Positions 1-7,005 of a stretch of 32,000 nucleotides of DNA are shown here, piece by piece. Source of the stretch: Nitratidesulfovibrio vulgaris str. Hildenborough (GTDB taxonomy: Bacteria > Desulfobacterota > Desulfovibrionia > Desulfovibrionales > Desulfovibrionaceae); the NCBI RefSeq assembly GCF_000195755.1, contig NC_002937.3, forward strand, positions 930,001 to 962,000, written 5' to 3'. Positions within the stretch are counted from its first letter, which is position 1. Each line of letters opens with the position of its first letter. The translations under genes were made by a program, and so were the position numbers. A model generated the notes under the pieces. That model was not told the DNA's origin and made no database searches. It saw nothing but the letters and a program-made list of their open reading frames with translations.

Positions 1-375
1 TTCGTCGCCCTCGTCGAGAACGGCACGGAAGAAGGCGTTGAGCCCGCCGGCAGCACCGCAGGTGAGCACCACGTCGTCGCCTGTGAGGGACACTCCCTGC
101 TCTGCTGAAAGGTGCGTAGCGAGCTTCTGGCGCGCCCACGCGTAACCGCCGTTGGGCATGTACCCGAAGGCGAAAGGTTCGCCAGCCCTGTCGGCCATGG
201 CGCGCAGGCCGTCGCCCACAGCGGCGGGGGCGGGCAGGTCGGGGTTGCCGAGGCTGAAATCGCATACGGCGTCTTCGCCGTATTGCTGCTTGAGGATGAT
301 CCCGGCCTCGAACATCTTGCGGATCCACGAGGCCCGTTCCATGTAGCCGGATATCTGTTGGGAGAGAAGAGACAC
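1..375 (-). CDS. Class I/II (fold-type I) PLP aminotransferase, N-terminal part. The gene continues past the window start.
   Basis: Absent from the ORF track because it is open at the window edge. The reverse complement reads VSLLSQQISGYMERASWIRKMFEAGIILKQQYGEDAVCDFSLGNPDLPAP..FGYMPNGGYAWARQKLATHL..VVLTCGAAGGLNAFFRAVLDEGDE, a typical aminotransferase N-terminus. GTG at 375 follows GGAG by 6 nt; an in-frame ATG at 342 is the alternative start. Confidence 0.75.
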   Translation of the reverse strand, partial: MSLLSQQISGYMERASWIRKMFEAGIILKQQYGEDAVCDFSLGNPDLPAPAAVGDGLRAMADRAGEPFAFGYMPNGGYAWARQKLATHLSAEQGVSLTGDDVVLTCGAAGGLNAFFRAVLDEGDE

Positions 376-439
376 GGTTGGCTCCGGTGGTTGCGGGTTT
401 CTGTGGAAGGGGCGCGCCAGCCGACGGCCCGCATGACGA

Positions 440-475
440 CGGCGGCGACACCTCATGCGAGGGGTGCCGCCGCCG
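440..475 (-). other. GC-rich intercistronic hairpin between the 85-aa ORF and the aminotransferase
   Basis: Arms cggcggcgacacc (440-452) and ggtgccgccgccg (463-475) are complementary apart from one mismatch. No U-tract follows on the minus strand, so this is more likely an mRNA structural or processing element than an intrinsic terminator. Confidence 0.3.
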
Positions 476-483
476 GTGGGATG

Positions 484-741
484 CTAGAACGGGGATACGT
501 TGAGGCGGATGCGGTTGATGCGCACGCGGCGCAGTTCCTTCTGCACCTCGAGTTGCAGACGCAACTGCCGCGCCTCATGGATTTCTTGCGCGAAGAAGAC
601 ACCCTTGGCGTGGTCTTCGGCTTCGGTGAGGCGACGCAGGGCCGCTTCGCAATCCGCTTTGGCCTGCTCTATCTCACCTATCTGGGCCTCAAGAGTGGGG
701 ATGTCATCCGGCAATGATGCGTCGTCTGGCAGGTTTGGCAT
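484..741 (-). CDS. Small hypothetical coiled-coil protein, 85 aa
   Basis: ORF-track entry. ATG at 741 is preceded by AAGGAG with a 7-nt spacer (minus strand GAAGGAGATTATCG-ATG). That Shine-Dalgarno site lies inside the 3' end of the upstream gene, giving a 38-nt overlap. The sequence is heptad-like and charged (EAQIGEIEQAKADCEAALRRLTEAEDHAK). No family recognised. Confidence 0.55.
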   Translation of the reverse strand: MPNLPDDASLPDDIPTLEAQIGEIEQAKADCEAALRRLTEAEDHAKGVFFAQEIHEARQLRLQLEVQKELRRVRINRIRLNVSPF

Positions 742-2302
742 CGATAATCTCCTTCGGCTTGGGCTTCAGGTCGGGAGAGGGCAAGCCGTTGAACAGGGCC
801 CAGAAGGCGGGCATCAGTTCGGTGATGTTGCCGGGGTTGGCCAGCCTCAACCCGCTGCGCAGGAACGAGCCGAAGGCGAGGGCCATCGACCATTCGGGAG
901 CGGGGCTTGCCCATCCGGCACCGGGGATGTCGGTCTCCACACGGGTAAGGGCACCGTCCTCGGCATCGGCCTCAAGGCCCAGTTGTCCGAGAAGGCCCGT
1001 CGCGGCAAGGGCATCCGTGCCGGCCGGGAGGGCGGGCATGCGTGCGGGCTTCTCCGAGGCGAAGGTCGCGGCGGCGAGCAGCACGGCAAGGGGTGCGTAT
1101 GCGGGGGGCAGGGTGGCGAGCGGTGCATCCATGTCGCCGGGTACGGCCGCGTAGGTCGAGGCAATGCCGTCCTTGTCGCGCTTCACTTCGAGGCCACCGG
1201 CCTTGAGCAGGGCGATGGCCGCTTCAGCCTCGGCACATGCGGCAGGCCAGAGGCCCGTCAGCCGCACGTTGCCACCGGCCACGGCGGGAAGGCCCAGCAG
1301 GTAGGTCGCGACAAGGGGCTCCATGGCGAGAGCGGGTTCAGCGGGAATGGTCATCGTGCCGGATGTGATGCGCACGGTGTCGCCGTCTGCCGTGGCCTTG
1401 ATGCCTGCTTCATGCAGCAGCGGAAGCACCGCGGCGAGGCACGAAGCCGACACCGGCGTGGCGGGAAGCCGCAACGTGACGGTGCCCGGCCAGAACGATG
1501 CAGCCAGAAGAAGTGCGCACAGCGCCTCGGCGGGCAGGTCGTCGGGAACGGTCACATCGTCAGGCAGGATGCCGGAGGATTCGAGGCGGACGGGAAGGCC
1601 CTTGGTCTTGGGCACCACGTTGGTGAGGCGCGCCCCGAGTCCGGGCAGGAAGTGCGAAAGGGCGGAGAGGTCGGCGAGCTTGAGCGCTGCGCCACCTGTG
1701 ATCTTGAGATGGGACTGGGCTCCGATGGCAAGAAAGATGAGCAGGTACAGGTTGAGCGCATCTTCGCCGATGTAGACGACCTTGTCCGAGAAATCGAGAG
1801 GGCACCCGGCCTTGGCGTGAACGTTGCCAGCCTCGTCCCATGAGATGGACGCACCGGACTGGTTCAGCGCTTTGACGAAGTCGATCATCGGGTCGTTGAT
1901 GAGCGCTCCCCTGATGGTGACCTCGGACGCGGCGGCTGTGGCAAGCGCCAGCCAGAGGCGGGTCTGCCTGATGGAGGCGGGCGCATCGATGTTCACATCG
2001 ACGGCCCTTCGGGAAGGCGAAAGATTGAAGCCGGGGCGCGTGTCCTCCTCGTCACGGTCGATGACGTCGACCTCCTGCAGGAGCGTGAAGAGTTGGTGGA
2101 CGAAGCGGGGGTCGCGGCTCAGGCGCGCGGCATGTTTCTCCCATGCCTGCCGGAGTTGCTTTTCAAGCGCGGGGTCGGAGCCTTTGCGGCCGCCGGTCGC
2201 CTTATTCAGGAGGCGTGCGCGACGCGCGAGAAGCCGTGCCAGTTCCCGGTCGATGTCCAGAAGGGACTGGAGCGGGGAACGATGATGACTGTTATCTTGC
2301 AT
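704..2302 (-). CDS. Fusion of an AroQ-type chorismate mutase domain to an EPSP-synthase-fold (AroA-like) domain with diverged catalytic motifs
   Basis: The ORF track extends to 2467, but MQDNSHHRSPLQSLLDIDRELARLLARRARLLNKA (ATG at 2302) begins the recognisable chorismate-mutase helix (LL.ID.EL..LL..R). The remainder aligns by eye with AroA architecture (..LALATAAASEVTIRGALINDPMIDFVKALNQSG.. / ..ANPGNITELMPAFW..). However, LGNAGTAMR is replaced by IGEDALNLY, and DHRMAM by PEWSMAL. Confidence 0.7.
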   Translation of the reverse strand: MQDNSHHRSPLQSLLDIDRELARLLARRARLLNKATGGRKGSDPALEKQLRQAWEKHAARLSRDPRFVHQLFTLLQEVDVIDRDEEDTRPGFNLSPSRRAVDVNIDAPASIRQTRLWLALATAAASEVTIRGALINDPMIDFVKALNQSGASISWDEAGNVHAKAGCPLDFSDKVVYIGEDALNLYLLIFLAIGAQSHLKITGGAALKLADLSALSHFLPGLGARLTNVVPKTKGLPVRLESSGILPDDVTVPDDLPAEALCALLLAASFWPGTVTLRLPATPVSASCLAAVLPLLHEAGIKATADGDTVRITSGTMTIPAEPALAMEPLVATYLLGLPAVAGGNVRLTGLWPAACAEAEAAIALLKAGGLEVKRDKDGIASTYAAVPGDMDAPLATLPPAYAPLAVLLAAATFASEKPARMPALPAGTDALAATGLLGQLGLEADAEDGALTRVETDIPGAGWASPAPEWSMALAFGSFLRSGLRLANPGNITELMPAFWALFNGLPSPDLKPKPKEIIDAKPARRRIIAG

Positions 2303-2888
2303 GGTATGCCTTGCGGGAGTTGTGTGATTGGCGTTCCACCTAGCCTGAAAAGCCATTGCTCGCAAGAGAAAAGGAACAGGCAATGTCGGGTGGTGCTGGC
2401 GGGGCTTTCGGGGAGATGGGCAAGTCGAGGCGATTGCGCAGCAATTACGCGGGCGGGCATGGATCATATGGTTTGTTCACATGGCAGGCGCCGGGCTTGC
2501 AGGCAATGGCGACTCCGGAAGTCTCCTTATGGTCTGGGTACGCTTGTCGGGTGGCAACGGTCAGTGAAATGACGACAGGGACACCTCCAGTCAGTATACC
2601 TGTCGTGTGGGCTTTGTGAAAGAGATGAAAAGCAGGGGGGCGCTGTCACTGGATTGTAGTCTGGACGACATGAAGATGGAGCACGGGGGCAGTTCGTGAA
2701 AAAAGTGCTCAACTCGGGGGTGCCGGTACGAATCCCTCTTGCGTCAACGGTCTGGACGTTGTACTCAATTTGCGCTCAAGTTCAGTTGTCGTCAGGTTCG
2801 CCACAAACACCCGTGTGGGATGTCTTCTCATAAAAGTGTTTGATTTCCGAAGGTTGAAGGCAGCTTGTGAAAGAAGAGTACAAGTCGC

Positions 2889-2917
2889 TTGACACATCAG
2901 GGGTGACATTGTTAATT
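2889..2917 (+). promoter_or_regulatory. Candidate sigma70-type promoter for aprBA
   Basis: TTGACA at 2889-2894, a 17-nt spacer, then TTAATT at 2912-2917 (or GTTAAT at 2911-2916 with a 16-nt spacer). It lies about 160 nt upstream of the aprB ATG. Pattern match only. Confidence 0.3.
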
Positions 2918-2967
2918 CCATCACAAGCGCAGCGGGCTCCCCACAACGAAGTGTTGCGGTGAAGTCC

Positions 2968-3034
2968 GAAAAGGTAGGCCCCCGAACCTACTTTTTCAGC
3001 CTCCACCGAAAGGTGGTGAATCCGGCTGAGGCTG
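2968..3034 (+). promoter_or_regulatory. Structured aprBA leader: an 11-bp A/U-flanked hairpin followed by a nested 7-bp plus GAAA-tetraloop hairpin
   Basis: Hairpin 1: gaaaaggtagg (2968-2978) pairs with cctactttttc (2987-2997), including one G-U pair, around an 8-nt loop. Hairpin 2: cagcctc (2997-3003) pairs with gaggctg (3028-3034) and encloses cacc-gaaa-ggtg (3004-3015). Confidence 0.4.
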
Positions 3035-3075
3035 CCAAGCAAACCCTTAATTCTGTTTGAGTTGGAGGATAAGGT

Positions 3076-3579
3076 ATGCCGACTTATGTTGATCCGTCCA
3101 AGTGCGACGGTTGCAAGGGTGGTGAAAAGACCGCTTGCATGTACATCTGCCCCAACGACCTGATGATCCTCGATCCCGAGGAAATGCGGGCCTACAACCA
3201 GGAACCCGAAGCCTGTTGGGAATGCTACTCCTGCGTGAAGATTTGCCCCCAGGGCGCCATCACCGCTCGTCCCTACGCCGACTTCGCCCCCATGGGCGGC
3301 ACCTGCATCCCGATGCGCTCCGCCGACTCCATCATGTGGACGGTCAAGTTCCGCAACGGCAACGTCAAGCGTTTCAAGTTCCCCATCCGCACCACTCCTG
3401 AAGGTTCCATCAAGCCTTTCGAAGGCAAGCCCGAAGCTGGCGACCTCGAAAGCGAACTTCTCTTCACCGAGACGGCTCTCACCGCTCCGAAGGAAGCCCT
3501 TGGCAAGAAGTTCGATGTGACCGACGCCGAGACCTCCCAGTGCTGGTACGAGACCGGCTGTCAGGGCGGCAACCGCTAA
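3076..3579 (+). CDS. aprB: Adenylylsulfate (APS) reductase beta subunit, iron-sulfur
   Basis: 167 aa. MPTYVDPSKCDGCKGGEKTACMYICPNDLM..CWECYSCVKICPQGAI is the characteristic AprB two-[4Fe-4S] N-terminus with a C-terminal tail. GGAGG Shine-Dalgarno site upstream; sits immediately 5' of aprA. Confidence 0.96.
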   Translation: MPTYVDPSKCDGCKGGEKTACMYICPNDLMILDPEEMRAYNQEPEACWECYSCVKICPQGAITARPYADFAPMGGTCIPMRSADSIMWTVKFRNGNVKRFKFPIRTTPEGSIKPFEGKPEAGDLESELLFTETALTAPKEALGKKFDVTDAETSQCWYETGCQGGNR

Positions 3580-3620
3580 GCGGACAACAACGCAACTTGG
3601 TGCGATAAGGAGATTAAATC

Positions 3621-5615
3621 ATGCCGATGATTCCCGTTAAGGAACAGCCGAAGGGTGTTGCCATCGCCGAACCGACCGTGAAGGAACATGATGTTGACCT
3701 TCTCATCGTCGGTGGCGGCATGGGCGCGTGCGGTACCGCTTTCGAAGCCGTCCGCTGGGCCGACAAGTACGCTCCTGAACTGAAGATCCTGCTGATCGAC
3801 AAGGCCTCCCTCGAGCGCTCCGGCGCCGTTGCCCAGGGCCTGTCCGCCATCAATACCTACCTTGGTAAGAACGACGCCGACGACTACGTCCGCATGGTTC
3901 GTACCGACCTCATGGGCCTCGTTCGCGAAGACCTCATCTTCGACCTTGGCCGTCACGTCGACGACTCCGTCCATCTGTTCGAAGAGTGGGGCCTGCCCTG
4001 CTGGATCAAGGACGAGCATGGTCACAACCTCGACGGTGCCCAGGCCAAGGCCGCTGGCAAGTCGCTCCGCAACGGCGACGACCCGGTCCGCTCCGGTCGT
4101 TGGCAGATCATGATCAACGGTGAATCCTACAAGTGCATCGTCGCCGAAGCTGCGAAGAACGCCCTTGGTGAAGCCCGCATCATGGAGCGCATCTTCATCG
4201 TGAAGCTGCTGCTCGACGCCAACACCCCCAACCGCGTGGCTGGCGCCGTGGGCTTCAACCTGCGCGCCAACGAAGTGCACATCTTCCGCTCCAACGCCAT
4301 GCTGGTTGCCTGTGGCGGCGCGGTCAACGTGTACAAGCCCCGCTCCACCGGTGAAGGCATGGGCCGTGCATGGTACCCCGTGTGGAACGCCGGTTCGACC
4401 TACACCATGTGTGCCCAGGTCGGCGCCGAAATGACCATGATGGAAAACCGCTTCGTCCCCGCCCGCTTCAAGGACGGTTACGGCCCGGTTGGCGCATGGT
4501 TCCTTCTGTTCAAGGCGAAGGCCACCAACTACAAGGGTGAAGACTACTGCGCCACCAACCGCGCAATGCTCAAGCCCTACGAAGACCGCGGCTACGCCAA
4601 GGGCCACGTCATCCCGACCTGCCTGCGTAACCACATGATGCTTCGCGAAATGCGCGAAGGTCGTGGTCCCATCTACATGGACACCAAGACCGCCCTGCAG
4701 TCCACCTTCGCGAACATGACCCCCGAGCAGCAGAAGCACCTCGAGTCCGAAGCTTGGGAAGACTTCCTCGACATGTGCGTGGGTCAGGCCAACCTCTGGG
4801 CTTCGATGAACATCCAGCCCGAAGAGCGCGGTTCTGAAATCATGCCCACCGAGCCTTACCTGCTCGGTTCGCACTCCGGTTGCTGCGGTATCTGGGTTTC
4901 CGGTCCCGACGAGAAGTGGGTGCCCGAAGACTACAAGGTGCGCGCTTCCAACGGCAAGATCTACAACCGCATGACCACCGTCGAAGGTCTGTGGACCTGC
5001 GCTGACGGCGTTGGCGCCTCCGGCCACAAGTTCTCCTCCGGTTCGCACGCCGAAGGCCGTATCTGCGGCAAGCAGATGGTCCGCTGGTGCCTCGACCACA
5101 AGGATTACAAGCCCGCCATCAAGGAAAGCGCGGACGAGCTGGTGAAGCTCATCTACCGTCCGTACTACAACTACATGGAAGGCAAGGCCGCTTCGACCGA
5201 CCCCGTGGTGAACCCGTCCTACATCACGCCCAAGAACTTCATGATGCGCCTCGTGAAGTGCACCGACGAATACGGCGGTGGCGTGGGTACCTACTACACC
5301 ACTTCGGCCGCGGCTCTTGATACGGGCTTCAGCCTCCTCGGCATGCTCGAAGAAGACTCGCTGAAGCTGGCCGCTCGCGACCTGCACGAACTGCTCCGCT
5401 GCTGGGAAAACTACCATCGCCTGTGGACCGTGCGCCTGCACATGCAGCACATCCGCTTCCGCGAAGAGTCCCGTTACCCCGGCTTCTACTACCGCGCCGA
5501 CTTCATGGGTCTGGACGACTCCAAGTGGAAGTGCTTCGTGAACTCGAAGTACGATCCCGCCACTGGCGAGACCAAGATCTTCAAGAAGGCCTACTACCAG
5601 ATCATCCCCGAATAG
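3621..5615 (+). CDS. aprA: Adenylylsulfate (APS) reductase alpha subunit, FAD flavoprotein
   Basis: 664 aa. FAD-binding fingerprint DLLIVGGGMGACGTAFEA and fumarate-reductase-family architecture. AAGGAG Shine-Dalgarno site 8 nt upstream. Codon bias is extreme: there are no TTA, CTA or TCA codons, which is why the codon-aligned antisense frame stays open. Confidence 0.96.
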   Translation: MPMIPVKEQPKGVAIAEPTVKEHDVDLLIVGGGMGACGTAFEAVRWADKYAPELKILLIDKASLERSGAVAQGLSAINTYLGKNDADDYVRMVRTDLMGLVREDLIFDLGRHVDDSVHLFEEWGLPCWIKDEHGHNLDGAQAKAAGKSLRNGDDPVRSGRWQIMINGESYKCIVAEAAKNALGEARIMERIFIVKLLLDANTPNRVAGAVGFNLRANEVHIFRSNAMLVACGGAVNVYKPRSTGEGMGRAWYPVWNAGSTYTMCAQVGAEMTMMENRFVPARFKDGYGPVGAWFLLFKAKATNYKGEDYCATNRAMLKPYEDRGYAKGHVIPTCLRNHMMLREMREGRGPIYMDTKTALQSTFANMTPEQQKHLESEAWEDFLDMCVGQANLWASMNIQPEERGSEIMPTEPYLLGSHSGCCGIWVSGPDEKWVPEDYKVRASNGKIYNRMTTVEGLWTCADGVGASGHKFSSGSHAEGRICGKQMVRWCLDHKDYKPAIKESADELVKLIYRPYYNYMEGKAASTDPVVNPSYITPKNFMMRLVKCTDEYGGGVGTYYTTSAAALDTGFSLLGMLEEDSLKLAARDLHELLRCWENYHRLWTVRLHMQHIRFREESRYPGFYYRADFMGLDDSKWKCFVNSKYDPATGETKIFKKAYYQIIPE

Positions 5616-5626
5616 GATGAGCACCA

Positions 5627-5658
5627 GGGCGGTTGCGGGGTACCGCAACCGCCCTTTT
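5627..5658 (+). terminator. Intrinsic terminator after aprA
   Basis: Perfect 12-bp stem, gggcggttgcgg (5627-5638) with ccgcaaccgccc (5643-5654), a ggta loop, then TTTT (5655-5658). It begins 12 nt after the aprA stop. Confidence 0.75.
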
Positions 5659-5672
5659 CACTTTCACCCGGA

Positions 5673-5721
5673 CGGCCTAAGCCGGGGCAGTAAGCACGCC
5701 TTATTGTCTGGGCTTAGGCCG
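5673..5721 (+). other. Second long-range hairpin in the aprA-qmoA spacer
   Basis: 11-bp stem, cggcctaagcc (5673-5683) with ggcttaggccg (5711-5721), and a 27-nt loop. It lies 40 nt upstream of the qmoA ATG. Confidence 0.4.
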
Positions 5722-5760
5722 TGTTGATGAAGGCCAAAACACGTAGGGAGGATACCAAGG

Positions 5761-6999
5761 ATGTCGAACTCCATACTCGTCGTCGGAGGCGGATTCAGCG
5801 GGCTCACGGCCGCCATCGAAGCCGCTGAAGTCGGCTATGAAGTGTTCATCGTCGAGAAAAGTCCGTTTCTTGGAGGTCGGGTCGCCCAGCTGAACAAGTA
5901 CTTCCCTAAACTCTGTCCCCCGTCCTGCGGCCTGGAAATCCAGTTCCAGCGCATCAAGAAGAACCCCAACATCAAGTTCTTCACGCAGGCGCAGGTGACA
6001 GCAGTGAAAGGGGAGAAGGGCAATTACACCGTCTCCGTCCGCATCGAACCCCGGCACACCGTTCCCAACAGCGCAGACCTCTCCATGCTTGCCGGTGCAC
6101 TTGAAGGCGAGGTCGAAAACGAGTTCGAACTTGGCCTCGCAAAGCGCAAGCCCCTGTATCTGTCCACTCCCTTCGCCTTCCCCAATCGCTACGTTCTCGA
6201 CAAGAACGCCCTTTCGCAGGCCGACCAGCTCAAGGTCGGCGCAAGTGCGTTCTGCGACCTGAACGAAGGGCCGCGCGAAATCGAGCTTTCCGTCGGGTCC
6301 ATCGTGCTCGCCACAGGATGGAAGCCCTACGACGTGACCAATCTTTCGAATCTCGGTGCTGGCAAGATCGCCAACTGTGTGAGCAACATGCAGCTCGAGC
6401 GTCTTGCTGCCGCCTGTGGCCCCACCAAGGGCGCCATCACCCGCCCCGGTGACGGGAAGTCACCCAGGAAGATAGCCTTCGTTCAGTGTGCCGGTTCGCG
6501 TGACCAGAATCACCTGAACTTCTGCTCGTACATCTGCTGCATGGCCTCCCTGAAGCAGGCCCTGTACGTGCGAGAGCAGTACCCCGATGCCGAAGTCACC
6601 GTGTACTACATCGACCTGCGCACACCCGGGCGTTACGACAAGTTCATGCGCAAGGTGCGAGCCGACGAGAAGATCAACCTCGTGAAGGGCAAGGTCGCTG
6701 GCGTCGAAGAGGATACGGCAACCGGCGACGTCATCGTCGAGGTCGAGGATGCCGTCAAGGGCGAAAAGCGTAAGGTGCGCTACGACATGGTCGTCCTCGC
6801 TACCGGTATGCAGCCGAGCCTCGCGGGTCAGAAGCTGCCGTTCGATGTACCTGTCGATGAAGACGGCTTCATCGTCGGCGGCGAAGAGAAGGGCATCTTC
6901 GCGGCGGGCTGCGCCCAGAAGCCCCTTGATGTCATGCGCTCTGCCCAATCGGGCACCAGCGCCGCGCTCAAAGCGATTCAAACGGTGAGAGGGAGGTAG
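5761..6999 (+). CDS. qmoA: Quinone-interacting membrane-bound oxidoreductase subunit A (HdrA-like flavoprotein)
   Basis: 412 aa. FAD dinucleotide fold ILVVGGGFSGLTAAIEAAEVGYEVFIVEK and the HdrA-type cysteine motif FVQCAGSRDQNHLNFCSYICC. GGGAGG Shine-Dalgarno site. Position downstream of aprBA matches the canonical apr-qmo arrangement. Confidence 0.93.
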   Translation: MSNSILVVGGGFSGLTAAIEAAEVGYEVFIVEKSPFLGGRVAQLNKYFPKLCPPSCGLEIQFQRIKKNPNIKFFTQAQVTAVKGEKGNYTVSVRIEPRHTVPNSADLSMLAGALEGEVENEFELGLAKRKPLYLSTPFAFPNRYVLDKNALSQADQLKVGASAFCDLNEGPREIELSVGSIVLATGWKPYDVTNLSNLGAGKIANCVSNMQLERLAAACGPTKGAITRPGDGKSPRKIAFVQCAGSRDQNHLNFCSYICCMASLKQALYVREQYPDAEVTVYYIDLRTPGRYDKFMRKVRADEKINLVKGKVAGVEEDTATGDVIVEVEDAVKGEKRKVRYDMVVLATGMQPSLAGQKLPFDVPVDEDGFIVGGEEKGIFAAGCAQKPLDVMRSAQSGTSAALKAIQTVRGR

Positions 7000-7005
7000 A
7001 CCATA

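Noticed and set aside
2383-2619. A possible 78-aa ORF (MSGGAGGAFGEMGKSRRLRSNYAGGHGSYGLF...) with an AAGGAA-like site upstream, in the long spacer before aprBA.
   Set aside because: - It uses several codons that are rare in the neighbouring genes (TTA, ATA, TCA, CGA).
- Its third-position GC is low relative to real genes here.
- The sequence is Gly-rich low-complexity with no recognisable domain.
- I kept it only as a remote possibility under the spacer finding.
2715-2740. A T-loop-like string, ggtacgaatcc, suggesting a tRNA or tRNA-like element.
   Set aside because: - The flanking bases cannot form a T-stem, acceptor stem or anticodon arm.
- No cloverleaf can be drawn on either strand.
2864-2883. 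A full Rex (TTGTGAA-N6-TTCACAA) or CRP/FNR-HcpR (TTGTGA-N6-TCACAA) operator next to the aprBA -35 box.
   Set aside because: - Only the left half-site matches well.
- The right half (ACAA) is displaced by one nucleotide relative to either consensus, and the inner bases do not match.
- I therefore report it only as a repeated half-site motif, not as an annotated operator.
3576-5648. A 690-aa open reading frame on the minus strand that spans the whole of aprA without a stop.
   Set aside because: - The frame is codon-aligned to aprA, so antisense stops could only arise from sense TTA, CTA or TCA codons.
- Those codons are absent from this highly biased, highly expressed gene.
- The translated product is low-complexity (Val/Gly/Ala/His-rich), has no Shine-Dalgarno site and matches no recognisable family.
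- This is a classic high-GC shadow ORF.
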